Source of the DNA: a virus
Taxonomy: Duplodnaviria; Caudoviricetes
Reading direction: 5' to 3' (one strand)
DNA: 64,000 bases
IMG/VR virus record: IMGVR_UViG_3300029305_004466
Shown here: positions 28,451-39,325 of the stretch, one piece after another
How positions within the stretch are numbered: the stretch's first letter is position 1
Layout of the letters: the number at the start of each line of letters is the position of its first letter
Notes under the pieces: generated by a model
The model's input: only the letters and a program-made list of their open reading frames with translations
The model's database searches: none
Told to the model about the DNA's origin: nothing
Program-made: the position numbers and the translations under genes

Positions 28451-28479
28451 ATTATATAGTACGATTTCTGATAAGTCAA
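28451..28479 (-). promoter_or_regulatory. sigma-A promoter on the minus strand
   Basis: reverse complement TTGACT-17-TATAAT. Confidence 0.75.
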
Positions 28480-28582
28480 GAGCAAAGATTTGTGAATATA
28501 ATTATTCCTTTCGGAATATTTTTAATATATTTTTCATTTTAAAGAAGAAGAAAGGTTTATCAAAATGGAGGTAAATGTAAAT

Positions 28583-29038
28583 ATGATAGAGATTTATGAT
28601 TATGCTGATTTAGGTAATAAACGTTCTTGGGATTATAGTATGAACGGTAAAACACCTAAAGAAGATGGTATTGCACCAATCTGTACTACAGATAAAGAAA
28701 TAGAAATGGGTGATGTATTAGTAATTAATAAAAAAGCATATTCCATTTGTGCGTTAACATGCAAAGGACAAAAATGCAGAATGGCTTTTGTTCACGCTAT
28801 TACTAATAGACATTTTCTTGATTTCATTAACGATACTGATGAACCAGAAAGTATTTATGATGAAGATGTTTTAATATGTCCTTACTGTGGTAACAACGAA
28901 GAATCGTTTGAATTACCTGATGAGAATGAAGAACACAAATGTCCTAACTGTGGAAGCATTTTTGCTTATGAAAGAATAGTATCTGTTACTTATGATAGCC
29001 GACCTGTTAAAAAAACAGATTCAATTATTGTATTGTAG
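28583..29038 (+). CDS. zinc-ribbon hypothetical protein
   Basis: CPYCG...CPNCG; GGAGG RBS. Confidence 0.7.
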   Translation: MIEIYDYADLGNKRSWDYSMNGKTPKEDGIAPICTTDKEIEMGDVLVINKKAYSICALTCKGQKCRMAFVHAITNRHFLDFINDTDEPESIYDEDVLICPYCGNNEESFELPDENEEHKCPNCGSIFAYERIVSVTYDSRPVKKTDSIIVL

Positions 29039-29046
29039 GAGGTATT

Positions 29047-29253
29047 ATGGCAAACACAATAAGAACTTCAAACTCTAAAATGTTTGTTACTTGGAGACAA
29101 AGTGTGACAAAATCAGACGGGCATGTATTAAACTTGACATTACATGGTCCAAACGATACTATAATAGGTAAGGCAAAGCTAACTGCTGACCAGCTTGCCA
29201 ACTATGTATTAAAAAAGAACGGAATTGCTATTCCAGAAAAGGAGGAAACATGA
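29047..29253 (+). CDS. hypothetical protein
   Basis: AGGAGG RBS. Confidence 0.65.
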   Translation: MANTIRTSNSKMFVTWRQSVTKSDGHVLNLTLHGPNDTIIGKAKLTADQLANYVLKKNGIAIPEKEET

Positions 29254-30917
29254 AACAGGAAGAGAAAAAGAAAAAAACAGGGAGCATAGCTACCAAACTT
29301 ACCGCATTGGCAATAGCCGCAATGATAACAGTTGTCACTATTACATCAGGTGCAGGAGCAGTTCTTGTAGGCAGTAAAATGATGAATGGCAGAAAAGATT
29401 ACTTAGGATTAGCAACATATACAATAGCAGTAGAAACATCTATGATGAGTGAAGAAAATACATCAGCTGAAACAATACAAAAGTTATTGGATAATTTCAA
29501 AAAAGAAAATACCGCAGATGTAACTATTTTTGCTTATAACGAAAGAAAATTCACCACTTTAGAAGGTGTAAAAGTTGGTTCAACAATGGATGGCGAAATA
29601 TGGAAAGCTATTCAATATGGCGACCCTTATTTTAATAAGGCAACGTATATAAATGGTATTAAATATTACGCCTATTACAAGCCTATCATGATAAATGGTG
29701 AATGTGTTGGTGCTATCTTTGCAGGTTTACCAGCAAAGGAAGTAGATAATTCTATTGGCATAGCAATGGCTAACATGATGATGATTGGTATATTGGGCAA
29801 TTTAATTTTTATTACGATATTTTTAAAATTCTCTCGTAGAATAGCAATGAAACTTAGCAGATTAAAACAAGTGATAGATATATTGACAGCCAACAATTTA
29901 TCTGTAAAGTTTGAAAGATATACAAAAATGAGAGATGAAATTGAAGAAATTAGTAATGAAGCAGCTGATTTTACCGTTCAACTCCATGGCATGATTGAAG
30001 ATATTGCTATTTTAGCTGATGCATTAGATAAAGTAGCAACTATACTTGGTGAAGGAATGATGACAGCTAATAATAGCTCTACTGAGATTTCTGAAGCCGT
30101 TGACAGTATTGCAAAAGGTGCTGAAAACCAAACTGACGATACACAAAATATTACAGAACGTATCGAAGAAATGGGTCGTCATATTGATAATATGAAAGAC
30201 TTTGTAGACATCTTATCGGCAACTGCTACAAGAATGCAGAAAATCGAAGAAGAAACCTTTAAAAATATGCAATTGGCAGAAAGAGAAAATACAGTTATCA
30301 AAACAGACATCGAAGAAGTAAATAAACAGATTGATGTTACAAACCAAAGCATGGAAGAAATTAGAGGTTTTGTTGGTACTATCAATAATATTGCAAAGCA
30401 AACTAATCTGTTATCTCTTAACGCTTCTATTGAAGCTGCAAGAGCAGGTGAGCAAGGTAGAGGATTTGCAGTAGTTGCAGAAGAGGTTAAGAACTTAGCA
30501 GAACAAAGTGCTAAGTCTGCTACACAGATTGAAGAAACAATAACCACTTTGTTAAATGGTTATGAAATGATTATTCAGAAAATGCTTGTAACAACAGAAA
30601 ACATCCAAAAGCAGAATGAACAAATCATTAAGACTAAGGATGCTTTTGTTACACTGGATAACGACACCAAGGATACAGCAAAACAGGTTGAGGAAATCAC
30701 AAAAGCCGCAAGCTCTCTTGATAACATGAAGAGATATATTGTAGACAGTATTTGTTCTTTATCCGCAGTAAGTGAAGAAAATTCTGCTGCCACACAGCAA
30801 ACTACAGCTTCTGTATTGCAGTTAAATGAAATTATTGCAGAAGCGGCTAATAGTGCTCAAGAAGTAGAAGAAAAAGCAAAAGCATTAAAAGAATACGTTA
30901 GTATATTTAAACTGTAA
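29250..30917 (+). CDS. methyl-accepting chemotaxis protein (TM-Cache-TM-HAMP-MA)
   Basis: [40 protein letters not shown] signalling motif; Cache-like YYAYYKPI...VGAIFAG. Confidence 0.95.
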   Translation: MKQEEKKKKTGSIATKLTALAIAAMITVVTITSGAGAVLVGSKMMNGRKDYLGLATYTIAVETSMMSEENTSAETIQKLLDNFKKENTADVTIFAYNERKFTTLEGVKVGSTMDGEIWKAIQYGDPYFNKATYINGIKYYAYYKPIMINGECVGAIFAGLPAKEVDNSIGIAMANMMMIGILGNLIFITIFLKFSRRIAMKLSRLKQVIDILTANNLSVKFERYTKMRDEIEEISNEAADFTVQLHGMIEDIAILADALDKVATILGEGMMTANNSSTEISEAVDSIAKGAENQTDDTQNITERIEEMGRHIDNMKDFVDILSATATRMQKIEEETFKNMQLAERENTVIKTDIEEVNKQIDVTNQSMEEIRGFVGTINNIAKQTNLLSLNASIEAARAGEQGRGFAVVAEEVKNLAEQSAKSATQIEETITTLLNGYEMIIQKMLVTTENIQKQNEQIIKTKDAFVTLDNDTKDTAKQVEEITKAASSLDNMKRYIVDSICSLSAVSEENSAATQQTTASVLQLNEIIAEAANSAQEVEEKAKALKEYVSIFKL

Positions 30918-30922
30918 TTATG

Positions 30923-30948
30923 AAGGGGCATCTTTGGATGCCCTTTTT
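30923..30948 (+). terminator. intrinsic terminator
   Basis: GGGCATC/GATGCCC stem + T tract. Confidence 0.75.
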
Positions 30949-30967
30949 ATTATGAAATGGAGGTAAT

Positions 30968-31588
30968 ATGGTACTATTTAGTACAAAAGTACTTATACAG
31001 CCCAAAGATGTCTATGAATATTTTCTGGAACATAAAGATGGTTTAGAAAACAGAATGGACATTATAGCGGAAAGTAATACAGATGACTTCAGTAAGAAGT
31101 CTTTTTTGTTTTTAACAACCGATTTCGAAGAAAAAGGTCAATTATTTCTTTCCCTTGAAGCTCCAGATGTAATTGTTGATAGTGAAACATGTACCGATAT
31201 TAGTGATGTAGAGAAAACAGTAGAAGATTTCATAAAGCAGTTGGATAAATTACAACCAATTGTTTTAATGGAAGATGACTATGGACCATTCTTAGAAAAT
31301 AATATATGTAATGCAATTAGTAAACACTGTTTATTTCCCGAACACTTTGACATTGCAATAATGCGAGGTACTAAAACTGAATTTACTAATGACCCACATA
31401 TCTTTTATATCTATAATAGATTAGAAAGTGGCACTATTGGTCGTATTTTAACAAACGATGATGATATAATCATAGATTTAATATTTTATGAACAACATCT
31501 TCATCGTTTTAGTTTAGATGTATTAGACCTTAGAGAAGAACTTGTGGGTTATAAATTAGAAATTCAAATGAAGGAGCAGGAAACATGA
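30968..31588 (+). CDS. hypothetical protein
   Basis: GGAGG RBS, 206 aa. Confidence 0.7.
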   Translation: MVLFSTKVLIQPKDVYEYFLEHKDGLENRMDIIAESNTDDFSKKSFLFLTTDFEEKGQLFLSLEAPDVIVDSETCTDISDVEKTVEDFIKQLDKLQPIVLMEDDYGPFLENNICNAISKHCLFPEHFDIAIMRGTKTEFTNDPHIFYIYNRLESGTIGRILTNDDDIIIDLIFYEQHLHRFSLDVLDLREELVGYKLEIQMKEQET

Positions 31589-31705
31589 AATCTAACAATC
31601 CTAAATATCCTTGCAAAGGCTGCGTATATTTTAAAACGTGTGGCTCATCAACAAGAACACATCCTTGCAATGGAAGACAATTAAAATCAGAAAGGAAGAA
31701 AAATA

Positions 31706-32284
31706 ATGCCAGATATTATCCAACAGCTTGAAGCTGGTAAAAAAATGCAGGAAGAAGAAGGCATTGATGCCGCTTCCCTTAGAACTAAGATTGGTTCTGA
31801 TGAAGAAGAGCCTCAGAAAGAAAAGAAAAAGCGTGGCAGAAAAAAGAAAGAAGAGCCCGTTGAACAACAGGAACAACCACCTGTAACAGATGAGGACCCA
31901 TTCGCTCAAGCTGAGAGAATGATGAAAGAAAATGAAACAAAAGAAGAAGTCCCTAAAGACGTAGAAAATCCAGAATTCGATTTTAATGATTATTATGAAA
32001 AAGGACAGGAAATTTTCTATATAAAAATAAATAAAGTTCTGGGTACTAAAGATTTTTACGCTTTAAAGATAAGAACAATATATCCAAGAATGATAGTAGC
32101 TTGTGAAGAAGGTAAAGCTGTACAATGCATTGGGTATGATACTAAGGATAAAATCTTTACAAGTAGGTCTATCGCAAGACAAGAATATAATAAAATTGAA
32201 ATCTCGCCTAGATTTACACCAAAGCTTAAATTAGAAGAGGAGGTTGAAGAAGAAAATGAAGAAAGTAAAGATACTGATAGTTGA
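31706..32284 (+). CDS. hypothetical acidic protein
   Basis: 192 aa ORF. Confidence 0.7.
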   Translation: MPDIIQQLEAGKKMQEEEGIDAASLRTKIGSDEEEPQKEKKKRGRKKKEEPVEQQEQPPVTDEDPFAQAERMMKENETKEEVPKDVENPEFDFNDYYEKGQEIFYIKINKVLGTKDFYALKIRTIYPRMIVACEEGKAVQCIGYDTKDKIFTSRSIARQEYNKIEISPRFTPKLKLEEEVEEENEESKDTDS

Positions 32285-33044
32285 TGATAACAACTACAAG
32301 TCTAAAAAATTGGAAGAAACTCTTAATGCATTCGAAGAATTCGATGTTTATAATAGAGTTGAGGATGGCGTAACAGCATTAGATAGTATTAAAGCTACCG
32401 AACCAGATGTTGTACTGTTAGATTTAATTTTACCAAAGGTGGATGGTTTAGATTTAATAAAAATCGTAAAAGAAGATGATACAATAACCAAAAAGCCTAT
32501 TCTTATTGTAGTTACCAATGTTGAAAGACAGGATTTTGTATCTATGGCACTTAATTTTGGTGCTGATTATTATATGATAAATCCGTCTCATTCTACTATA
32601 ATTGATAAGATAAGACAGTTAATATCTATCAAAAATATGACATTTAACAGTGCAAATGTTTTAGTGAATCATACTCCGGCTCCAAATAATGATATATATG
32701 TAATGGTTACAAGTGTTTTGCGTGAAATAGGTGTTCCTGCTCATCTTAAAGGATACAACTATTTAAGAGATTGCATTGTAGACTTATTAAAAACAAATGA
32801 ACAGGTGCATCTGGTTAAACAACTGTATCCTGACATTGCTAAGAAATATAAGGCAAATTTTGCTCAAGTAGAACGTTCTATACGTCATGCAATTGAAGTT
32901 ACTTGGAAAAAGGGAGACAATGAAAAGTTAAATGCAATGTTTGGTTTTGTTATAGACCAATATAAGAGTAGACCTACAAACTCCGCATTCATTAAAACTT
33001 TGGTAGACAATATTAGATTACAGAATTTACAGGAGGTATCATGA
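32256..33044 (+). CDS. spo0A: Spo0A homolog (receiver + Spo0A C-terminal DNA-binding domain)
   Basis: ILIVDD...VLLDLILPKVDGL receiver; IGVPAHLKGYNYLR, LYPDIAKKY, VERSIRHAIEV, RPTNSAFI. Confidence 0.92.
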   Translation: MKKVKILIVDDNNYKSKKLEETLNAFEEFDVYNRVEDGVTALDSIKATEPDVVLLDLILPKVDGLDLIKIVKEDDTITKKPILIVVTNVERQDFVSMALNFGADYYMINPSHSTIIDKIRQLISIKNMTFNSANVLVNHTPAPNNDIYVMVTSVLREIGVPAHLKGYNYLRDCIVDLLKTNEQVHLVKQLYPDIAKKYKANFAQVERSIRHAIEVTWKKGDNEKLNAMFGFVIDQYKSRPTNSAFIKTLVDNIRLQNLQEVS

Positions 33045-33610
33045 ATACATGGGCTAACGTAGGAGATTTGGTTTTTGTTTTAGGAAGAAATAATGAACCA
33101 GTCCCTTGTAAAGTTATAAATGAGTTGGGTACTGGTAGTAATACTCAGTTATTCTTTGAAATAATCGAAGATGACGATAAAAAGAAAGTGCCTAAAAACA
33201 GACTTAAGGCTTTTATTAATCAGGTTGGTTATGCAGGAGGATTTGTCTTTAAAGAAAAGCAGAATGCTTTAGATTACCTTGATTCTCTTGAAAAGAATAA
33301 TGGTAAATTTAATATGTCTTCTGTACTTACTAATAAGACAAAAAGAATTCAACAGAGAACTGCTCAAAAAACACGTTTTAATCCTGCCAATACCATTGAC
33401 CGAATTAGAGAAGAAGTAGCTCAGAATACGATTAATCAGGTTCAAAAAGTTATGATTTCTGCAATGTTAGTTGCATTGAATACAAAACTGGGTATTGGAC
33501 CGAAACGTGGTGCTGAAATAGTAGATGAGATTAATCGTCTTATCGAAGAAATTCCACGAGATGAACTGGTTAAAATGGCAGAAGAAAAGATGAAAATCAA
33601 AATAGGGTGA
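33041..33610 (+). CDS. hypothetical protein
   Basis: AGGAGG RBS; ATGA overlap. Confidence 0.7.
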   Translation: MNTWANVGDLVFVLGRNNEPVPCKVINELGTGSNTQLFFEIIEDDDKKKVPKNRLKAFINQVGYAGGFVFKEKQNALDYLDSLEKNNGKFNMSSVLTNKTKRIQQRTAQKTRFNPANTIDRIREEVAQNTINQVQKVMISAMLVALNTKLGIGPKRGAEIVDEINRLIEEIPRDELVKMAEEKMKIKIG

Positions 33611-34173
33611 TAATTATGTTTGATGATGATTATGAAGTACCTATTCCAGACCATTACACCTTCGTTTACGAAGATGAAAGCGAAGGTTGGTGGTTAAAAA
33701 TAAGTGACCCAGAAGTATTGTGTTATTATCATTTGCATGTAAACCACTGGAGTAAAGCACTTAAAGATTATTTGCACAATAATAATGCACATTATACAAA
33801 TAAGTTAACATATGCCATTGTAATGTATGCTGAAAAAAGAAATATTAGTTTTCTTGATGCCTTAGTTCAATTCAGGATGAAGGTATTCCACGAACAATAT
33901 ATGGCTATTAAAGAGTATGGAGCTATTTGTATTAACAAATCTGGAGGCTATCATGGAGTTAAGGAATACAGTCAATTTGTTAACAGGAAAGAAATGCTAT
34001 GGCCTGATTATAAACAGGATGACATTAAGATAACTCAGTTTCCGGGCGGAACTCATTGGTATGTCAGAATAAACGATTTTGAAGTACGTGAAAATGACAA
34101 AATCAAATGGGACACTTATGAAGAAGCATATGAAATCGCCAAGAAATTCATAAAGGAGAACGGTAATGATTAG
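33607..34173 (+). CDS. hypothetical protein
   Basis: 188 aa ORF, start uncertain. Confidence 0.7.
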   Translation: MIIMFDDDYEVPIPDHYTFVYEDESEGWWLKISDPEVLCYYHLHVNHWSKALKDYLHNNNAHYTNKLTYAIVMYAEKRNISFLDALVQFRMKVFHEQYMAIKEYGAICINKSGGYHGVKEYSQFVNRKEMLWPDYKQDDIKITQFPGGTHWYVRINDFEVRENDKIKWDTYEEAYEIAKKFIKENGND

Positions 34174-34488
34174 AGCTAGTTTTAAATGTGACCTAAGAAA
34201 TTGGTTTACAGGCTTTGAAGTATGGTTTCCTGAAGAGCATGGCGAAGATAAAGCATTAATTAGAATAGGGTTCTTATGTTTTCGTGTGCTCATTTTAATA
34301 AAAGGAGAAAGTAATGGATAAGCAGTGTAAGGAATTCATTGAAAAATGTGAAGCCAGTCATACAACAGTGGCTGTCTTTATTAGATTGGCTGGCATGTGG
34401 AGTCGGCTTAATTCAGACCAAAGAGGAGAAATTATTGACCACGAAATTGAAGCAGGACGCTTAGTAGTGGACAAATAAGGAGTTTATT

Positions 34489-34707
34489 ATGAAAGTAAAA
34501 GCAAAATTTAATGGAACTCTTGTTAAAAAAGGCGAAGTTTATTCTGTAATCAATATATTTGAGAAAAAGATAGCTCATACAGCTCCACCGATTATTGCTA
34601 TGTTTATAGTATATAAAAATCGTTTACTTGAGGTACAATGTACGGACATAAAGGATTTTAATAATCGTTGGGAATTTATCCAAAGGGAGGAACAAAATGA
34701 GGCTTGA
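34489..34707 (+). CDS. hypothetical protein
   Basis: AAGGAG RBS. Confidence 0.6.
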   Translation: MKVKAKFNGTLVKKGEVYSVINIFEKKIAHTAPPIIAMFIVYKNRLLEVQCTDIKDFNNRWEFIQREEQNEA

Positions 34708-35116
34708 AAAAGAAGTAAATGGCATTAAACTTTATATCAACTTTCCAGTAGAAAAACTCTTAGAAGAGATTTCAAATCGAAGAGGAGATTGGATGGATAG
34801 TTATAATCAGGAAGTAGGAGAGGATTATGAAACCTACGCTGATATAAATCCTGATGACATTGCAAAGGACATTGATAAGTTAATCGAAAAGATTGCTTAT
34901 TATCAGACACCAAACGGCATTGACAAATTGTTTGATTTATTACCGTTAAAGAAAAACAATAAGTTAAATAAGGTTACAAAACCTATATTGCACTCTTTGA
35001 ATTATGGATATTATATCGAAGAATGCTATGGTTGGAAAACAACACAATTGCGTATGGCTGCACGTAATGAATTAGAAGCAGATGTATATCTGGATGATAC
35101 CATTATTCATTATTAG
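34697..35116 (+). CDS. hypothetical protein
   Basis: GGGAGG RBS. Confidence 0.7.
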   Translation: MRLEKEVNGIKLYINFPVEKLLEEISNRRGDWMDSYNQEVGEDYETYADINPDDIAKDIDKLIEKIAYYQTPNGIDKLFDLLPLKKNNKLNKVTKPILHSLNYGYYIEECYGWKTTQLRMAARNELEADVYLDDTIIHY

Positions 35117-35127
35117 AAAGGTATTTT

Positions 35128-35529
35128 ATGAAAAAGCAACTTAATAACATCGCTGATGCTATTATTACAACCCTAAAAGCCAATGGATTTTCCATACACA
35201 GGTACGATGCTTACTCTACTAATAGTATCTATCTTAAACTTGATTATGGTGTATGTAACAGTATAAGAATTAGCGACCACATAGGAAAGCAACATTTAAA
35301 GTACAGATACAATGTTATCATTAATGGTAAGAACGAATTTGTACAAGATAAGTATCCGAGATATTATTACAATCAAGATTCACTAAATGAGTTGTTGTCT
35401 AAAATTATCTTGGATAGAGAGCAGAAAGTATCGAAGTATGGACCAGTCGCATATGATAGGTATATGAGACAAAATAATCAACAATCACACGATAAGAAAG
35501 GTTTCTGGGCTCAAGCAAAATTGATATAA
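35128..35529 (+). CDS. conserved phage hypothetical protein
   Basis: STNSIYLKLDYG...SIRISDH motif. Confidence 0.75.
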   Translation: MKKQLNNIADAIITTLKANGFSIHRYDAYSTNSIYLKLDYGVCNSIRISDHIGKQHLKYRYNVIINGKNEFVQDKYPRYYYNQDSLNELLSKIILDREQKVSKYGPVAYDRYMRQNNQQSHDKKGFWAQAKLI

Positions 35530-35543
35530 TAAGGAGAAAAATT

Positions 35544-35777
35544 ATGATAGAAAATTTGAAAGTCCAGTTACCAGTAAACAAAGAACTTCACCATCATGCA
35601 TTATACAACAATAAAGACAATACCCACCTTGGACTCATTGATATGAATAAAGATAAAGAATTAATTGATGAGTTAATGCAGGGCAAGGAAATTTCTTATT
35701 GCAAAGTAGAAATGGAAAATGGTAGAATAATTAAGGTCTTAGACCACATTACAGAAAAAGAATTTTTGGAGGGTTAA
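35544..35777 (+). CDS. hypothetical protein
   Basis: AAGGAG RBS. Confidence 0.65.
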   Translation: MIENLKVQLPVNKELHHHALYNNKDNTHLGLIDMNKDKELIDELMQGKEISYCKVEMENGRIIKVLDHITEKEFLEG

Positions 35778-35780
35778 TTT

Positions 35781-36323
35781 ATGCCTAAAGTAGTAGCAAG
35801 ATTTGAAAAGGTATCCTTGGAGCAATTCAGTAAAGACTTGACAGCAGCGATTGAAGAAGGAAAACTTCTGAGAACACAGGCTACCGAAACAGCATTGGCT
35901 CATTTAGAAGCTACGTACAATGAAATTGTTTTACCTCACAGAAAGACAAAGGGTGCAGGTGGACATGATTTCATTGCACCATTTGATATTATCATCAATC
36001 CGGGACAGACAGCTGTTATTCCTACAGGAATCAGATGTATGATTGATGAAGGTTATACTCTTGATTTATTCCCTAGAAGTGGTCAGGGATTCAAATTCAG
36101 ATTAAGACTTAATAATACTGTTGGCATCATTGATGAGGATTATTATTTCTCTGATAATGAAGGTCACATTATGGTTAAGCTTTCTAACGAAGGCGATAAA
36201 GTATTCGAATGCCAGAAGGGTACGGGCTTCTGTCAGGGATTATTCCATGAATACTGTATTGCTGAAGGTAATGAAGACCCAGAAGCAACAAGAAATGGCG
36301 GTATGGGTAGTACAGGAATGTAA
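35781..36323 (+). CDS. dut: trimeric dUTPase
   Basis: AGGHDF, PRSG, GIIDEDYY, QG, RNGGMGSTG motifs 1-5. Confidence 0.93.
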   Translation: MPKVVARFEKVSLEQFSKDLTAAIEEGKLLRTQATETALAHLEATYNEIVLPHRKTKGAGGHDFIAPFDIIINPGQTAVIPTGIRCMIDEGYTLDLFPRSGQGFKFRLRLNNTVGIIDEDYYFSDNEGHIMVKLSNEGDKVFECQKGTGFCQGLFHEYCIAEGNEDPEATRNGGMGSTGM

Positions 36324-36440
36324 CAGACTTAGGGAGTCCGAAAGGACTCCCTTAATTTATGATGTGTTCCATCTTGTAAAAAATATGTTTACAACTTATA
36401 ATAGTTTTTACCAGAAAAGAATTAGAAAGGAAAAAATTTT

Positions 36441-38774
36441 ATGGAAAAACTAGTAGTCGCTAAAAGAGATGGAAGAATTGTTGATTTTGACCAATATAAA
36501 ATCAGAGATGCAATTCTTAAAGCTTTTAAGGAGGTTGATAAACAAATAACCTCTGAAACGATACAAAAGGCGAACAACATAGTAAGTAGTGTTGTGAAGC
36601 AGTTGGAAACATATGATAAAGTTTCTGTAGAAGAAATACAGGATAAGGTTGAAATTTCTTTAATGAGAACCAACAGAAAAGATGTAGCTAAAGCTTACAT
36701 TATTTACAGAAACAAAAGAACAGAAGTAAGACAAAGAAATACTAAATTATCTAAAGCAATCTCTGAAAAGATAAAAGCATCTAATGTAGAAAATCAAAAT
36801 GCCAACGTAGATGAAAAATCTTTTGGTGGTAGAATGGGAGCTGTTAATAGCGAAGTACTGAAAGATTATGCACTTAACAACTGTATGTCTATAAAAGCAA
36901 GAACAAATCATTTGAGAAATAGAATTTATACTCATGATTTGGACCACTATGCTGCTGGCGACCATAATTGCTTATCCGTTCCTTTGGATAAAGTATTGAA
37001 AGGTTTTAACACAAGACAGACAGATGTAAGAGGTGCAAATTCCGCTAGTACTGCATGTCAATTGATTGCAGTTGTTTTCCAGCTTCAAAGCTTACAACAG
37101 TTTGGCGGTGTATCAGCAACCCATTTAGACTGGACATTAGTTCCATATGTAAGAAAATCTTTCTTCAAACATTATGTTGTTATGTATTTAAAATCAACAC
37201 CAGACTTCTTGGTTTTAGACCTTATGGGTATGTTATTTGATAATTATGAAGACAAAGTTGGTATTATCAGAAACAGATTCGATGACTGGGTTGAAGAAAA
37301 TAAGCAAAGATTCTTAGACAAGTTTGGCTTAAAAGAAGAAGATTTCTACTTTGGAAATGAAAATCTGGATAGAACATTTTATCAAAGTGCTCTGTACGAT
37401 ACCATTGTTGAAGTTAAACAGGCAGTCGAAGCTATGTATCATAATCTGAATACGCTTCAGTCAAGAAGCGGTAATCAGTTACCGTTTACTTCAATTAACT
37501 ATGGTACTTGTACTAGTCCAGAAGGAAGACTGATAATAAAAGCGTTACTTGACGGTTCTATTAAGGGAACTGGTAAGTTACATAGAACATCAATCTTCCC
37601 TTGTGGTATCTTCCAATGTATGAGAGGCGTTAATCGTAAACCGGGAGACCCAAACTATGACCTGTATAGACTTGCGTTAAGGTCTACAGCTCAGAGATTA
37701 TATCCGAATTACGCTAACGTAGATTGGTCAGGTAATGCGGGTTATGATAGAAATGACCCAAGAACATATTTCAGCACCATGGGCTGCCGTACAGCAAATG
37801 GTTGGGATGTCAATGGTTTAGGACAGTTAAAGGACGGTAGAGGTAATATTTGTCCAGTAACTATTATTATGCCTACATTGGCTATGGAAGCTAAGAACAT
37901 GGAATCTTCAGTAGATGATGAATGGCGTGTTAAGAACTTCTTAGACATCCTGAATGAAGCTATTCATGATGCAAAAGACATTTTAATCGAAAGATTCGAA
38001 TGGATTTGTAGTCAATCCCCAGACTCAGCTAAATTCATGTATGAAAATGGTTTAATGGAAGGTTATATTCCAGAAGAAGGTATTCGTTCAGCTCTTAAGC
38101 ACGGTACGCTTGCAATTGGTCAGTTAGGTTTAGCTGAAACTCTTCAAATCTTAATTGGTTGTAACCATACTACAGCTAAGGGTATGGAAGTGGCAAAACA
38201 GATTGAAAGCTTATTTAAGACAAGATGTGCTGAATTTAAAGAGTTGTATAAATTAAACTTTGGTGTATATTACACTCCAGCAGAAAACTTATGTCATACT
38301 GCTATGAAGAAGTTTAAAGCAGAATATGGAGAAATTCCAAATGTATCTGATAAATCCTTCTTTACTAACTCAATGCATGTACCAGTATGGGAAAAGATGA
38401 CTCCATTCCAAAAGATTGACATTGAATCTCAATTAACTGGATACAGTTCAGCAGGTTGTATCACTTATGTTGAACTTGAATCAAGCATCAAGAACAACAT
38501 TGACGCATTAGAAACTATCGTTAACTATGCTATGGACCATGATATTCCTTATTTTGCTGTTAACGTGCCAAATGATATGTGTACAAATTGTGGATACACT
38601 GATGAAATTGGTGATGAATGTCCTATATGTGGTTGCAAAGAAATAAAAAGATTACGCAGAGTAACTGGTTATCTTACTGGCGACTACGAAGAGGCATTTA
38701 ACGAAGGCAAACAGGATGAGGTAAGACATCGTGTTAAGCATGGCATTGAGATTAATTTTAAGGAGCTTGAATGA
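36441..38774 (+). CDS. nrdD: anaerobic (class III) ribonucleotide reductase with ATP cone
   Basis: KRDGRIVDFD ATP cone, TMGCRT, TPAENL, CTNCG..CPICG, RRVTGYL glycyl-radical motif. Confidence 0.96.
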   Translation: MEKLVVAKRDGRIVDFDQYKIRDAILKAFKEVDKQITSETIQKANNIVSSVVKQLETYDKVSVEEIQDKVEISLMRTNRKDVAKAYIIYRNKRTEVRQRNTKLSKAISEKIKASNVENQNANVDEKSFGGRMGAVNSEVLKDYALNNCMSIKARTNHLRNRIYTHDLDHYAAGDHNCLSVPLDKVLKGFNTRQTDVRGANSASTACQLIAVVFQLQSLQQFGGVSATHLDWTLVPYVRKSFFKHYVVMYLKSTPDFLVLDLMGMLFDNYEDKVGIIRNRFDDWVEENKQRFLDKFGLKEEDFYFGNENLDRTFYQSALYDTIVEVKQAVEAMYHNLNTLQSRSGNQLPFTSINYGTCTSPEGRLIIKALLDGSIKGTGKLHRTSIFPCGIFQCMRGVNRKPGDPNYDLYRLALRSTAQRLYPNYANVDWSGNAGYDRNDPRTYFSTMGCRTANGWDVNGLGQLKDGRGNICPVTIIMPTLAMEAKNMESSVDDEWRVKNFLDILNEAIHDAKDILIERFEWICSQSPDSAKFMYENGLMEGYIPEEGIRSALKHGTLAIGQLGLAETLQILIGCNHTTAKGMEVAKQIESLFKTRCAEFKELYKLNFGVYYTPAENLCHTAMKKFKAEYGEIPNVSDKSFFTNSMHVPVWEKMTPFQKIDIESQLTGYSSAGCITYVELESSIKNNIDALETIVNYAMDHDIPYFAVNVPNDMCTNCGYTDEIGDECPICGCKEIKRLRRVTGYLTGDYEEAFNEGKQDEVRHRVKHGIEINFKELE

Positions 38775-39325
38775 GATATGCAAGTATAGAAGCAGAAGTG
38801 GTAAATGGAAATGATTATGGTATAAGTTTATACGTACAGGGTTGTCATTTCCATTGCCAAGGCTGTTTTAATCAAAAGACTTGGGATTTTAACGGTGGTG
38901 AAGAATGGACCGAAAATGTAAAAGAAGGTTTCTTCACCCACGTTAATAATTCTTATGTTAAAAGGATTACTATACTTGGCGGAGAACCATTAGCAGATGA
39001 AAATTTAGATGATGTGTTATCTTTAATCGAAGAAATCCATAAACGGTTTCCAGATAAAAAGATATGGTTATATACTGGGTATACTTGGAATGAACTTGTA
39101 TACCCAGTAGTTCCGCCTATGTTTAGTCTTAAAGAATATGAGTGCTTAAAGAAACGTAAAAATATCGTTTCTTTGTGTGATGTGCTCATAGATGGTCGTT
39201 TTGAAGAAGATAAAAAAGACCTCACATTGCAGTTCAGAGGCAGTTCAAATCAACGTTTAATTGACGTTCAAAAGACTCTGAACGATAACAATAAAATAGT
39301 CCTATGGACGGATAGAGGAAAATAA
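38771..39325 (+). CDS. nrdG: anaerobic RNR activating radical SAM enzyme
   Basis: GCHFHCQGCFN, LGGEP, FRGSSNQR. Confidence 0.95.
   Translation: MRYASIEAEVVNGNDYGISLYVQGCHFHCQGCFNQKTWDFNGGEEWTENVKEGFFTHVNNSYVKRITILGGEPLADENLDDVLSLIEEIHKRFPDKKIWLYTGYTWNELVYPVVPPMFSLKEYECLKKRKNIVSLCDVLIDGRFEEDKKDLTLQFRGSSNQRLIDVQKTLNDNNKIVLWTDRGK

Noticed and set aside
28380-28574. 64-aa ORF
   Set aside because: No RBS; it runs through a terminator and the minus-strand promoter
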